Source of the DNA: Candidatus Binataceae bacterium
GTDB taxonomy: Bacteria > Desulfobacterota > Binatia > Binatales > Binataceae
Length of the DNA stretch: 64,000 nucleotides
Direction of reading: 5' to 3'
Assembly (NCBI GenBank): GCA_050736615.1
Contig: JBOHWL010000123.1
Span: 27,384-91,383, forward strand
How positions within the stretch are numbered: the stretch's first letter is position 1; the number at the start of each line of letters is the position of its first letter. The position numbers and the translations under genes are program-made. The notes beneath the pieces are model-generated. The model saw only the letters and a program-made list of their open reading frames with translations, ran no database searches and was not told the origin of the DNA. Positions 31,118 to 39,833 of this stretch are shown here, one piece after another.

Positions 31118-31561
31118 CTAGCGCGAACGCGGCGCCATCTGTGTGACCGTCATCGCGGCGACGAGTTTACCCTCGGCATCGCGCACCTTGCATTCGACCA
31201 CCAACACGGTGCGGCCGCGATGCACGATTTCCGCGTCGGCGTTGAGTCTGCCGCTATCGGTGTTGCGCACCTGATGGAAGTTGACCTGGAAGGTGAGTGG
31301 AATCAGATCGGGTCGCAGTTCGGCGGTCGGATTGAATTCCCACATACCGGCGATCGAAGCGGTCTCTTCCGCCAACGTCATAATCGCGCCGATATGGAAC
31401 TTGCCAGTCAGAGGCGCATGTCGCGGTTGGAACTCGAGTTCAGCATGCGCCCGTCCTTCGCCGGCGCTGACAAACCTGGTGCCGAGCGCGCCGAGGGCGG
31501 TGCCACGAGCCCAGTTTTGGATTTGCGCGGCATATTCAGAGGGGTTCAATTTTTCACTCAC
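31118..31561 (-). CDS. PaaI-family hotdog-fold thioesterase
   Basis: 147 aa. ...GAIMTLAEETASIAGMW... and ...NADAEIVHRGRTVLVVECKVRDAEGKLVAAMTVT are hotdog thioesterase features. Confidence 0.75.
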   Translation of the reverse strand: MSEKLNPSEYAAQIQNWARGTALGALGTRFVSAGEGRAHAELEFQPRHAPLTGKFHIGAIMTLAEETASIAGMWEFNPTAELRPDLIPLTFQVNFHQVRNTDSGRLNADAEIVHRGRTVLVVECKVRDAEGKLVAAMTVTQMAPRSR

Positions 31562-31746
31562 CGCATTTCCTCAAATTCTACAACACCACGTGGAAGCGAA
31601 TATGAATTATCCAGCGCGCAGCCACTCAAATGCCAGTAACAAGGGTCTTGAAGGGGCTGCGCGCCATTGCCATCCGTGCGCGCGCTCGCTTCGGCTGGCG
31701 CCTCGCCCGTTCGGTCGGGATGACAAACCTCTGCACAAACCCATAT

Positions 31747-31905
31747 GTCATTCTGAACAGAGTCTGCCATTAGCGTAGCCATAGGCGGAGCGAGCAAACG
31801 AGTCTGCGAGGTGCGTTTGAAGAAGTGAAGAATTCCGGTTAAAAGCCCAAAAAATCGAGAAGATCCGGGATTCTTCGCTGTGCTCAGAATGACAAAATCA
31901 CTTCT
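31747..31905. repeat. Palindromic MITE-like repeat, copy 3 (opposite orientation to copy 1)
   Basis: GTCATTCTGAAC...GAAGAATTCCGG...CCGGGATTCTTCGCTGTGCTCAGAATGAC followed by AAAATCACTTCTTGTGCAGAGCTTCCC. The left arm is the reverse complement of 9101-9170. Confidence 0.8.
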
Positions 31906-31977
31906 TGTGCAGAGCTTCCCTAGTGTGGCGTCTATAAAATATCAGTGACAAATGCCGACGGATGGATTCCCTTTTCT

Positions 31978-33135
31978 CTAGCTGAGTCCGCTGAAGAACG
32001 CGCGGATATCGTCGGCGAGCAGTTTCGGCTCCTCCATCGCGGCGAAATGGCCGCCGGCGGGCATCTTGGTCCAGCGCACGATATTGAAGGCCTGCTCGGC
32101 CCAGCTTCGCGGCGGCTTCAGAATTTCGCGCGGAAAAATCGCGGCGGCGGTCGGCGTCGCGGGGCGTTTTGTGGGATCCGGCCGCCACGGATGATGACGG
32201 GCTTCGTAATAGAGCCGCATCGATGAATTGATCGTTTGCGTCACCCAATAGATCATGATGTTGGTCAGGAGTTGATCCTTGCTGACACGCGTCTCAACCT
32301 CGCCGCTGCAATCGGTCCAGGTGCGGAATTTCTCGACGATCCAAGCGGCCAGACCGGCCGGCGAATCGTTAAGGCCATAGGCGAGGGTCTGCGGCTTGGT
32401 CCCCTGGATCCATTGATAGCCGGTTTCCTCGCGTTTGAATTTGTCCATATCGGCGAGGAAGATTTTTTCCTCATCGGACAATGGCGCCGAGCCGTCGCCG
32501 CGAGCGCCGCCCACGAAAACCAGGTTCAGATGGATGCCGTAGAGGCTTTCCGGATACGTTTCGCCCAGTCGCGACGTAATCGCGGCGCCCCAGTCGCCAC
32601 CCTGCGCGCCGTAGCGGGAATAACCGAGTACCTCGGTCATCAGCTTGTGAAACATTTCGGCGATGCTCTGGATGTTCATCGCGCGCGTGCGCGGATGGTC
32701 CGAGAAGCCGTAGCCCGGCAAGGACGGCGCCACCACGGTGAACGAATGCGCGGCATCGCCGCCATACGCGGCGGGATCGGTTAGCATCGGAATCAGCCGG
32801 TTGAATTCGTAGACCGAACCGGGCCATCCATGACTCAGCAGCAGCGGTTTGGGATTGGGGCCGCGGCCTTTTTCATGAATGAAATGGAGGCCGAAACCGT
32901 CCACCTTGGCGCGGAAATGCGCGAAGCGGTTGAGTTCCGCTTCATGCGCGCGCCAGTCGTAGCGGGTGCGCCAATATTCGACCAACTCGCGCATATAGGC
33001 GAGATTACTGCCATATTCCCAGCCGCTATTCGGAATTTCATCGGGAAAACGCGTGCGCTCGAGCCGTGCGCGCAAATCCCCGAGCACTTCGTTGGGAACG
33101 TTGATTTTGAACGGCTCGATTCCGCTGGATGCCAT
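31978..33135 (-). CDS. Epoxide hydrolase (microsomal EH-like, with EH N-terminal domain)
   Basis: MASSGIEPFKINVPNEVLGDLRARLERTRFPDE is the EH N-terminal domain. GGDWGA is the nucleophile motif. 386 aa from the internal start. Confidence 0.8.
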   Translation of the reverse strand: MASSGIEPFKINVPNEVLGDLRARLERTRFPDEIPNSGWEYGSNLAYMRELVEYWRTRYDWRAHEAELNRFAHFRAKVDGFGLHFIHEKGRGPNPKPLLLSHGWPGSVYEFNRLIPMLTDPAAYGGDAAHSFTVVAPSLPGYGFSDHPRTRAMNIQSIAEMFHKLMTEVLGYSRYGAQGGDWGAAITSRLGETYPESLYGIHLNLVFVGGARGDGSAPLSDEEKIFLADMDKFKREETGYQWIQGTKPQTLAYGLNDSPAGLAAWIVEKFRTWTDCSGEVETRVSKDQLLTNIMIYWVTQTINSSMRLYYEARHHPWRPDPTKRPATPTAAAIFPREILKPPRSWAEQAFNIVRWTKMPAGGHFAAMEEPKLLADDIRAFFSGLS

Positions 33136-33220
33136 TGTTTGCCTCCGCCGCGATGCTGGCCGGGATTTTCTTGATTCAAGTCTGAGTGGCGACGGGCGTG
33201 CGTGCAACCGCGAATGAAAA

Positions 33221-33649
33221 TTATTTCGCCAGTTCCCGCTTCACCATCTCGCTGGCCAGTTTGCCATCCAGCCGCGCTCCGAACTGATCGCGCAGCGCCT
33301 TCATCAGCGGCCCGATTTGCTGCACGCCCGCCTGGATCTGTGACGCGATTGCCGTTTGCAACTCCTCGGGCGTGACCGCGGCGGGCAGATAGGAGTCGAG
33401 AATACGCGCCTCGCCTTCATACTGTTCGATCAGAACGGCGCGGTTGCCCTTGCGCGCGAACTCCAACGCTTCGTCACGCCGCGCACGCTCCTTTTTGATT
33501 ACCTGAACGATTTCGGCTTCATTGGCCTCGCGCCGTACGTCTTTTTCAACGCGTGTGATTTCGCTCAGGACGCCGCGCAAGGTCATGGTCCTGAGCGTGT
33601 CGCCCGCCTTCATCGAGGCCTTCAGATCGTTGCGCAGTTTCTCTTTCAC
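33221..33649 (-). CDS. GatB/YqeY domain-containing protein
   Basis: MKEKLRNDLKASMKAGD..RTMTLRGVLSEI is the YqeY family. Confidence 0.8.
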   Translation of the reverse strand: MKEKLRNDLKASMKAGDTLRTMTLRGVLSEITRVEKDVRREANEAEIVQVIKKERARRDEALEFARKGNRAVLIEQYEGEARILDSYLPAAVTPEELQTAIASQIQAGVQQIGPLMKALRDQFGARLDGKLASEMVKRELAK

Positions 33650-33833
33650 GGCACATCTTCTCCGCCAGATTAGCTCTCATTACTTTACGGAGCCGCGCCC
33701 GCGGTCGAAAGCGTTGCGAGCTTCATGGCGATGACTGCATGGATGTTGACTCGCAACCGTATATATGTTGATTCAGAATGGATTGAGCACTGAAATCCCG
33801 CGGCCACGACATTACAACCGAGCGGAGGTTTTT

Positions 33834-34643
33834 ATGTTGAAGCACCTTCAAGAAATCCCGGAGTTCGGCAAACGGATAGACTTTGGCCGGACCGCCTCCG
33901 ACTATGGACGATTTCGCGCAGGCTATCCGGACGAGCTTTATCGCCGGCTCGAAATTTTCGGCGCCGGTGTGCGCGGCCAGCGAATGCTCGATGTGGCGTG
34001 CGGCACCGGCTTTTTGGGACGCGGGTTCGTGCGTCAAGGATGCGCGGTGACGGGCGCGGATATTTCATTCGAGCTGATGCGGCAAGCCGCGCAACTCGAC
34101 GCCGAGGCCGGGGTCGAGATGCGCTATCTGCGAGCGAAGGCGGAAGCGCTGCCATTTTCCGATCGCGTTTTTGACGTCGTCACAGTGGGGCAAGCCTGGC
34201 ATTGGTTTGGCCGGTCTCGCGCAGCGGCCGAGGCGCGCCGCGTGTTGCGCGCGGGCGGATTGTTGGTAATCGCGCATTTCGACTGGATTCCGATCCCCGG
34301 GAACGTGGTCGAAGCGACCGAGCGTCTGATTGAGAAACATAATCCGCAATGGAAGCTTGGTGGCGGACTCGGGATTCATCCGCAATGGCCGCGCGATGCC
34401 GCGATTGCCGGTTTCGGCGAAATCGAGACGTTTTCCTTCGACGTGGCGGTGCGGTATTCCCATGAGGCGTGGCGCGGGCGGATTCGCGCCAGCGCTGGCG
34501 TCGCGGCGGCGCTCAGCGCGGAACGGGTGGCGAACTTTGATTGCGAACTTGCCGCGCTTTTGCGCGAGCGGTTTCCACAGGAGCCGATGGGCGTGCCGCA
34601 TCGCACCTTCGCGACGGTCGCCCGCTCCCCGCGTAATTTCTGA
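33834..34643 (+). CDS. Class I SAM-dependent methyltransferase
   Basis: MLDVACGTGFLGRGF is SAM motif I. RBS GGAGGT lies upstream of the ATG at 33834. Confidence 0.75.
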   Translation: MLKHLQEIPEFGKRIDFGRTASDYGRFRAGYPDELYRRLEIFGAGVRGQRMLDVACGTGFLGRGFVRQGCAVTGADISFELMRQAAQLDAEAGVEMRYLRAKAEALPFSDRVFDVVTVGQAWHWFGRSRAAAEARRVLRAGGLLVIAHFDWIPIPGNVVEATERLIEKHNPQWKLGGGLGIHPQWPRDAAIAGFGEIETFSFDVAVRYSHEAWRGRIRASAGVAAALSAERVANFDCELAALLRERFPQEPMGVPHRTFATVARSPRNF

Positions 34644-34754
34644 CGATCAGGCGAGAGAAGATGAATTATTCCAGCGCGGCCAAGGCCACGCTACGGAAGT
34701 CTGCCAATCCCAGGCTGACGAATGGAGGTCAGCATCGGCCTTTTGTTATCGAGG

Positions 34755-35189
34755 TCAGCTCTTTCCGAAGACTTGGGACCGTTTGAATTGGCGAGCCTTC
34801 TCCCAAGCGAGACTCAGTTCCTTCTTCAGAAAATCAACTCGGTCGGGGACCGGGACAGACATCACTTTAGATAGCTGAACCGGGCGCCGGCACATCAGAT
34901 CTGGAGGAATTACGCGAGTTTCAGAGTCGCACGTAGCCGTATAAGCGAACGAAATAAAAAAAATCATCGGCTCTTCATCTTTCTGCCTCTGGAAAACCGC
35001 AATTTGCACCTGCTGAAAAAAGCCTTGTTCAGGTTCCTCCCGAGCGAACCACACGGGCTCGTTATGGTATCTAACCACGTATTGCCGCTCTTCAGATTCG
35101 CCCCCAAACTCGGCGACCGCCCCATCAAGGAAGGGGCTCAGAGACGGCGACTCAATCGGTCCATCGTATCCCAGCATCGTTGCGCTCAT
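34755..35189 (-). CDS. Hypothetical protein, downstream partner of the ART-like ORF (candidate antitoxin/immunity)
   Basis: Start ATG 35189 overlaps the upstream ORF's stop in an ATGA arrangement (translational coupling). Low-GC islet. No recognisable family. Confidence 0.4.
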   Translation of the reverse strand: MSATMLGYDGPIESPSLSPFLDGAVAEFGGESEERQYVVRYHNEPVWFAREEPEQGFFQQVQIAVFQRQKDEEPMIFFISFAYTATCDSETRVIPPDLMCRRPVQLSKVMSVPVPDRVDFLKKELSLAWEKARQFKRSQVFGKS

Positions 35190-35530
35190 GGTTCTCGGAT
35201 AGAAAGCCACTTGGATTCATTCGGCAAGATCGTGACTGCGTTAGTGGTATAGGACTCGGGTGCCCCTCCTCTCCTTATGACATTTCCATAAGGCCCGACA
35301 ACCGGGCTCGCCCGAAATGGTACAGACAGCCCGGCTGGAGGAGGATTGTCAGGAATCTCAAATGCGATTTCGACTGGTTTACTTATGATCCCAAGCGCGT
35401 TCGCGGCAGCGGCACCAGTTGCATAGAGTTCGCTGCTAAGGTAAACGCGGCCGGAAGTTCCGGGATTTATAATGCCCGTGCAGATAATACCTTGTGCAGC
35501 TTGGCGAGATGTATAGTGATAAAGAGGCAT
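35186..35530 (-). CDS. Small protein resembling the C-terminal ADP-ribosyltransferase-fold lobe of Tpt1/KptA (H-x-T ... R-x-Y-L-S-S), candidate toxin
   Basis: PLYHYTSRQAAQGIICTGIINPGTSGRVYLSSELYATGAAAANALGIISKPVEI compared with KptA (recalled from memory) [48 protein letters not shown]. Low-GC islet. An AT-rich upstream region is followed by an ORF of only 114-124 aa. Confidence 0.4.
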   Translation of the reverse strand: MPLYHYTSRQAAQGIICTGIINPGTSGRVYLSSELYATGAAAANALGIISKPVEIAFEIPDNPPPAGLSVPFRASPVVGPYGNVIRRGGAPESYTTNAVTILPNESKWLSIREP

Positions 35531-35695
35531 GGAGTCTTGTACTGCAACGGATTTACGCATTGCAACTCGTTTTATTGTAGCCGATTCTATCTAGTAAGAA
35601 TAAGGCGGAAATCAATTTTCGGCCTTGAGCGTCACCTGATTGCTAAGCAGAGTGTAAATTTCCGGCGCTTTGTCTCCCGAAAACCCTCGTGTCGC

Positions 35696-35838
35696 GCCAG
35701 CGCGGGCGTCGCGGCGGCTCTCAGTGCGGAGCGGGTGGCGAAATTCTATCGCGAACTCGCCGCGTTTTTGCGGGAGCGGTTTACGAACCGCTGGACGTGC
35801 CACATCGCACGTTTGCGACCGTCGCTCGCTCATCACGC
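35696..35838 (+). pseudogene. Diverged relic copy of the 3' end of the upstream SAM methyltransferase gene (about 85% identity to 34492-34634)
   Basis: Direct DNA alignment by eye. Encodes ...AGVAAALSAERVAKFYRELAAFLRERF... and ...PHRTFATVARS... in shifted frames. No intact N-terminal part. Confidence 0.6.
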
Positions 35839-35985
35839 TGGGTGTTCGACCGGACGTTGCCTCCCGCCTTGCCGGGGTCGGGAAATAGGTAATCGTACGA
35901 GCCCGTGGCATTTGGGAATTTCTGGGTCGATATCTATACTCTCAGATACAGAATCAACATTAATTGGAAGAAAGCGGATAATCCT

Positions 35986-36240
35986 TTGGCTCTAAACATC
36001 AAGCATCCCGAAGCGGACCGGCTCGCACGTTCGCTAGCTGAAAAGACGGGAGAAACCATAACCGAAACCGTGATTAAGGCACTGCGGGAGCGGCTTGCAC
36101 GCGAAGAGGGAAGGACAATTTTGCCAAACGTTAAGGACGATCTACTCGCGATTGGCATGCGCTGCGCCGCTTTACCAGACATCGAAACTCGCTCCGCTGA
36201 CGAGATTGTCGGTTATGATGCTCACGGGTTGCCCGGCTGA
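35986..36240 (+). CDS. vapB: Type II TA system antitoxin, VapB/FitA-like (ribbon-helix-helix)
   Basis: (M)[41 protein letters not shown] is a classic VapB-family N-terminus. TTG start assumed at 35986. Stop overlaps the vapC start. Confidence 0.7.
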   Translation: MALNIKHPEADRLARSLAEKTGETITETVIKALRERLAREEGRTILPNVKDDLLAIGMRCAALPDIETRSADEIVGYDAHGLPG

Positions 36241-36243
36241 CAG

Positions 36244-36633
36244 ATGGTTATAGACATCTCCGCTCTGTTGGCGATTCTGTTTGGTGAGCCTGAGAGAGAA
36301 GCCTTCGCCGGTGCTATTGCAGCCGATTCAAAGAGGCTCATCTCGGCGGTCTCAGCGCGTGAGACCGCCATCGTTGTGGAGGCGCGTAAAGGGTCAGCGG
36401 GGAGCCGCGAATTGGATCTGCTGCTTCACAGGGCGCGGGTCAGTATCGTAGCGTTTGCAGAGGGGCAGATGGAAATCGCACGCGACGCCTGGAGGCGGTT
36501 TGGCAAGGGCAATCATCCGGCGAGCCTTAATTTCGGTGATTGTTTTTCATATGCACTATCCAGGAGTTCGGGCGAACCGCTGCTCTTCAAGGGCGAGGAT
36601 TTTTCCAAAACCGATGTATCAAGCGTGCTCTAG
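36244..36633 (+). CDS. vapC: Type II TA system toxin VapC (PIN domain)
   Basis: MVIDISALLAILFGEPE..., ...SAVSARETAIVV..., ...NFGDCFSYALS are PIN-domain acidic residues. 4-bp spacing from vapB. Confidence 0.8.
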   Translation: MVIDISALLAILFGEPEREAFAGAIAADSKRLISAVSARETAIVVEARKGSAGSRELDLLLHRARVSIVAFAEGQMEIARDAWRRFGKGNHPASLNFGDCFSYALSRSSGEPLLFKGEDFSKTDVSSVL

Positions 36634-36797
36634 CCGAGAAAAATCTGAATTGGCTGCGGCGAGGAGGCGCTTGTTTTCGATTTTCGACAGGATTCTGTTC
36701 TATTTGCAGCGGTTTCTATATGTTGACGCCACCATCATCCATAGCGGCTCGAAATTGAACTGAATAGCAAACAATCGATCCCGAAGGAGAACGGGTT

Positions 36798-38102
36798 ATG
36801 AAGTTTACCTGGTTTCACTTGATGCCGTATCGCTTCCTGCCTGACGATTTCAAGGATAAATATCGCAGTGTATGGGTCGATATACCGCGCGATCTTTACG
36901 ATCCGAAAGCCGGCCATCGTCTTTATAACGATTACCTCGATCAGCTCGAATTCGCCGATCGCATGGGCTTCGATGGGCTTGGCGTCAACGAGCATCATCA
37001 GAACGCCTACGGCATGATGCCATCGCCCAATCTGATGGCGGCGGCAATGACGCGGCGCACGCGTCACGCGAACCTGGTCGTGTTGGGCAATTCAATTGCG
37101 CTGTACAATCCGCCGGTGCGAGTGGCGGAAGAGTTCGCGATGCTCGACGTGATGAGTGGCGGACGCTTGGTGGCCGGGTTCCCGGTCGGCACGTCGATGG
37201 ATGACAACTTCTGCTATGGCGTGGTGCCGGCGACTTTGCGCGAACGGTATGCCGAAGCGCACGAGCTTATTATCCGCGCGTGGAAAGAGCCCGACGTCTT
37301 CAGCTTCAACGGCAAGTACACCAAGCTGCGTTACGTCAATCTCTGGCCCAAGCCATTGCAGCAGCCGCATCCGCCCATTTGGATTCCGGGTGGCGGCTCG
37401 ATCGAGACTTGGGATTTCTGCGCCGATCACGCTTATCAGTACAGCTTCCTGTCGTATTTCGGTTATATCGCCGGCAAAAAAGTCGCCGACGGCTACTGGA
37501 ACGTGATGGCGAAGAAGAATAAGCCGCTCAATCCTTATAGCCTCGGTTTCGCCCAGGTGGTCGCCGTGGCCAGCAGTGACGAAGAGGCCGAGCGGCTTTA
37601 CTCGCCACATATGGATTACTTCTACAACCGCTGTTTGCACGTCTATGCCGGTTTCGCCGACGCTCCGGGTTACCGCACCGTCAGCACCATCCGCTCGGGC
37701 TTCCTTGGGCAGGTCGGCAAGCAGGCCACGCTCCGGCGCGAGGGCATGACCTGGAAGGATTTCGTGGAGGAGGGCTATATCATCGCGGGGTCGCCCGCAA
37801 CCGTGCGCGAACGTTTGCGCGAGGCGATGAAGAGCCTCAACTGCGGCCATCTGATGATCCTGATGCAGCTTGGCTCGATGCCGCCCGAGCTGGTGCGTTA
37901 CAGCACCGAGTTATTCGCGCGCGAGGTAATGCCGAGCATGCGCACGCTGTGGACCGATTGGGAAGACAAATGGTCACCGCGCCCGCTGCCCGAAAACGAT
38001 CGGGCGATGCCGGCGGCGCTGGATTTCAATCATCATGAAGCCAATGGCAAGACCAGCGCTCCGATGGGCGTGGCACATGAGACACGGAGCGCGGCAAAAT
38101 GA
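36798..38102 (+). CDS. LLM-class flavin-dependent oxidoreductase (luciferase-like monooxygenase)
   Basis: MKFTWFHLMPY...GFDGLGVNEHHQNAYGMMPSPNLMAAAM is the LLM N-terminus. 434 aa. Confidence 0.8.
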   Translation: MKFTWFHLMPYRFLPDDFKDKYRSVWVDIPRDLYDPKAGHRLYNDYLDQLEFADRMGFDGLGVNEHHQNAYGMMPSPNLMAAAMTRRTRHANLVVLGNSIALYNPPVRVAEEFAMLDVMSGGRLVAGFPVGTSMDDNFCYGVVPATLRERYAEAHELIIRAWKEPDVFSFNGKYTKLRYVNLWPKPLQQPHPPIWIPGGGSIETWDFCADHAYQYSFLSYFGYIAGKKVADGYWNVMAKKNKPLNPYSLGFAQVVAVASSDEEAERLYSPHMDYFYNRCLHVYAGFADAPGYRTVSTIRSGFLGQVGKQATLRREGMTWKDFVEEGYIIAGSPATVRERLREAMKSLNCGHLMILMQLGSMPPELVRYSTELFAREVMPSMRTLWTDWEDKWSPRPLPENDRAMPAALDFNHHEANGKTSAPMGVAHETRSAAK

Positions 38103-38881
38103 AGCTGAATCAAACTATCGCGGATGGGAAATTTTCGGTTGAACTTTATACTTTCGGCAACGGCGAGCCGCTCCTGTACTTGCATGGCGCCGGCGGACTG
38201 TTCGGCGTCGATCCTTTCCTGGAAGAACTCGGCCGCGACTTCAAGGTGATCGCGCCGCATCTGCCCGGCTTTGGCGAATCGACTGGCGGCGAGCTGATCG
38301 AAGACGTGATCGACGCCGCGCTATTCTACCATCAACTGATGGATGAACTCGGGCTGGAGCGGGCCAACATCGTAGGTCATTCGATGGGCGGGATGTTGGC
38401 GGCCGAAGTCGCCGCACTCGACGTCGGTCGTGCGAAAAAGCTGGTGCTGGCGGGAGCGGCCGGTTTTTGGCTCGAAGCACATCCGATTCCGGACTTCTTC
38501 GCGCTGGACGTCACCGATCTCGGCAAGTACCTGTTTCACGATCCTAGCTCGCAACTCGCCCGCATGATGATGGCGGTGCCGGAAGACCTGAACGCGCTCG
38601 CGGACATGTACGTCGAGCGCGTCAAGCGCCTGGCGGTCGCGAGCAAATTCCTGTGGCCAATTCCGGATCGCGGCCTTAAAAAGCGCGCCTATCGGATTAG
38701 TGCGCCGACGCTGCTGCTATGGGGTGAGTCGGACAGGTTGGTGCCGCCGGTCTATGCGCATGAATTCGCCAGCCGGATTAAGCATTGCCGCGAGCAAATC
38801 ATTAAGGAAGCCGGGCATATGCTGATGTATGAGCAGCCGGCCGCGTTTTGCACCGCTGTGCGCGATTTTCTCAAGAGTTGA
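38099..38881 (+). CDS. alpha/beta hydrolase
   Basis: LYLHGAGG ... GHSMGGMLA is the GxSxG motif. Start overlaps the LLM stop (ATGA), so likely co-operonic. Confidence 0.8.
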   Translation: MKLNQTIADGKFSVELYTFGNGEPLLYLHGAGGLFGVDPFLEELGRDFKVIAPHLPGFGESTGGELIEDVIDAALFYHQLMDELGLERANIVGHSMGGMLAAEVAALDVGRAKKLVLAGAAGFWLEAHPIPDFFALDVTDLGKYLFHDPSSQLARMMMAVPEDLNALADMYVERVKRLAVASKFLWPIPDRGLKKRAYRISAPTLLLWGESDRLVPPVYAHEFASRIKHCREQIIKEAGHMLMYEQPAAFCTAVRDFLKS

Positions 38882-38901
38882 TAATCGAGTTGATTTGGGC
38901 T

Positions 38902-38933
38902 GCGCTCCAGCCACCACCTCCTTACTCCTCCCC
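38902..38933. terminator. Hairpin CCTCCCCCGC-GAAAAA-GCGGGGGAGG between convergent genes
   Basis: Perfect 10-bp stem. A second hairpin CCCCGTGCTTCTTGACGGGG follows. Confidence 0.45.
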
Positions 38934-38965
38934 CGCGAAAAAGCGGGGGAGGATCTGAGACTTTC

Positions 38966-39592
38966 CTACCCCGTGCTTCTTGACGGGGAAGGAAAGGGAG
39001 GGGGTGCGGTATGCACACCCGTTACGCCGCGCCGCTTATCACGCGAATATAGCTTCGCTTCCGGTCTTGTGGATGGCGCGAGCCTTTTCGGCGCGCCCGG
39101 CGAAATCTGCTTATAGCGGCGGGTGGCGACCGCCGGAGTTGATACGCGCGTGGCCATATGCGGATAGCCCGGCGGATACAGCCGGTAGACCATCAGATAA
39201 ACCAGCACGCCGGTTACCGATACGTAAATCCAGATGGGCCAGGTCCAATGAGCGATACGGCGATGTGAACGGAAGCGCCCGCGCAGCGCGTACCATAGCG
39301 TGATCAGCACCAGCGGCACGATTACGGTGGCCAGAATGATATGCGAGATGAGCAGTGTGAAATAAGCCGGCCGCACCCATCCGTAGCCCTGAAAATGAAC
39401 GTCGCCGACATGATAATGATAGGTTAGGTATGAGGCGAGGAACGCGATCGACACCGCGAATGCGCTCAACATGAAAATCCGATGGGCGCGGATCCATTTA
39501 CGCCGGATGCAATAGAAGCCGGCGACCAACAGGACCGCGGCGGTAGCGTTGAGAATTGAATCGAGCGGCGCCAGCCAGAGATACGCGGCCAT
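38966..39592 (-). CDS. DUF420 family membrane protein
   Basis: Four TM helices with conserved His (YLTYHYHVGD, IILATVIVPLVL...WYALRGRFRSHRRIAHWTWPIWIYVSVTGVLVY). The C-terminal tail may be overextended. Confidence 0.65.
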   Translation of the reverse strand: MAAYLWLAPLDSILNATAAVLLVAGFYCIRRKWIRAHRIFMLSAFAVSIAFLASYLTYHYHVGDVHFQGYGWVRPAYFTLLISHIILATVIVPLVLITLWYALRGRFRSHRRIAHWTWPIWIYVSVTGVLVYLMVYRLYPPGYPHMATRVSTPAVATRRYKQISPGAPKRLAPSTRPEAKLYSRDKRRGVTGVHTAPPPFPSPSRSTG

Positions 39593-39833
39593 CGAAACGG
39601 CGAATTTTACCCCCAGTTGATTTTGGGCGGAATCGTTGCTTTCCGCCGAGGCCGCTTAGAGCTTAACCCCGATTGTTCACCAACGCGAATCCGGGTTACA
39701 TGCGCTCAAGTGGGGCCGCGTCAAATTGAAAAAAAAGCGCTATTCTGTAATGGTAAAGGTGTAATCAGTTTAATCCGTGGGAGAGGGCCGCAAGCTTGAT
39801 TATGCGGCGGACCCGCGCAATGGAGGACGACTA

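Noticed and set aside
35180-35995. 271-aa plus-strand ORF spanning the low-GC islet and the methyltransferase relic
   Set aside because: Chimeric read-through across non-homologous segments. The minus-strand coupled ORFs and the relic alignment explain the region better.
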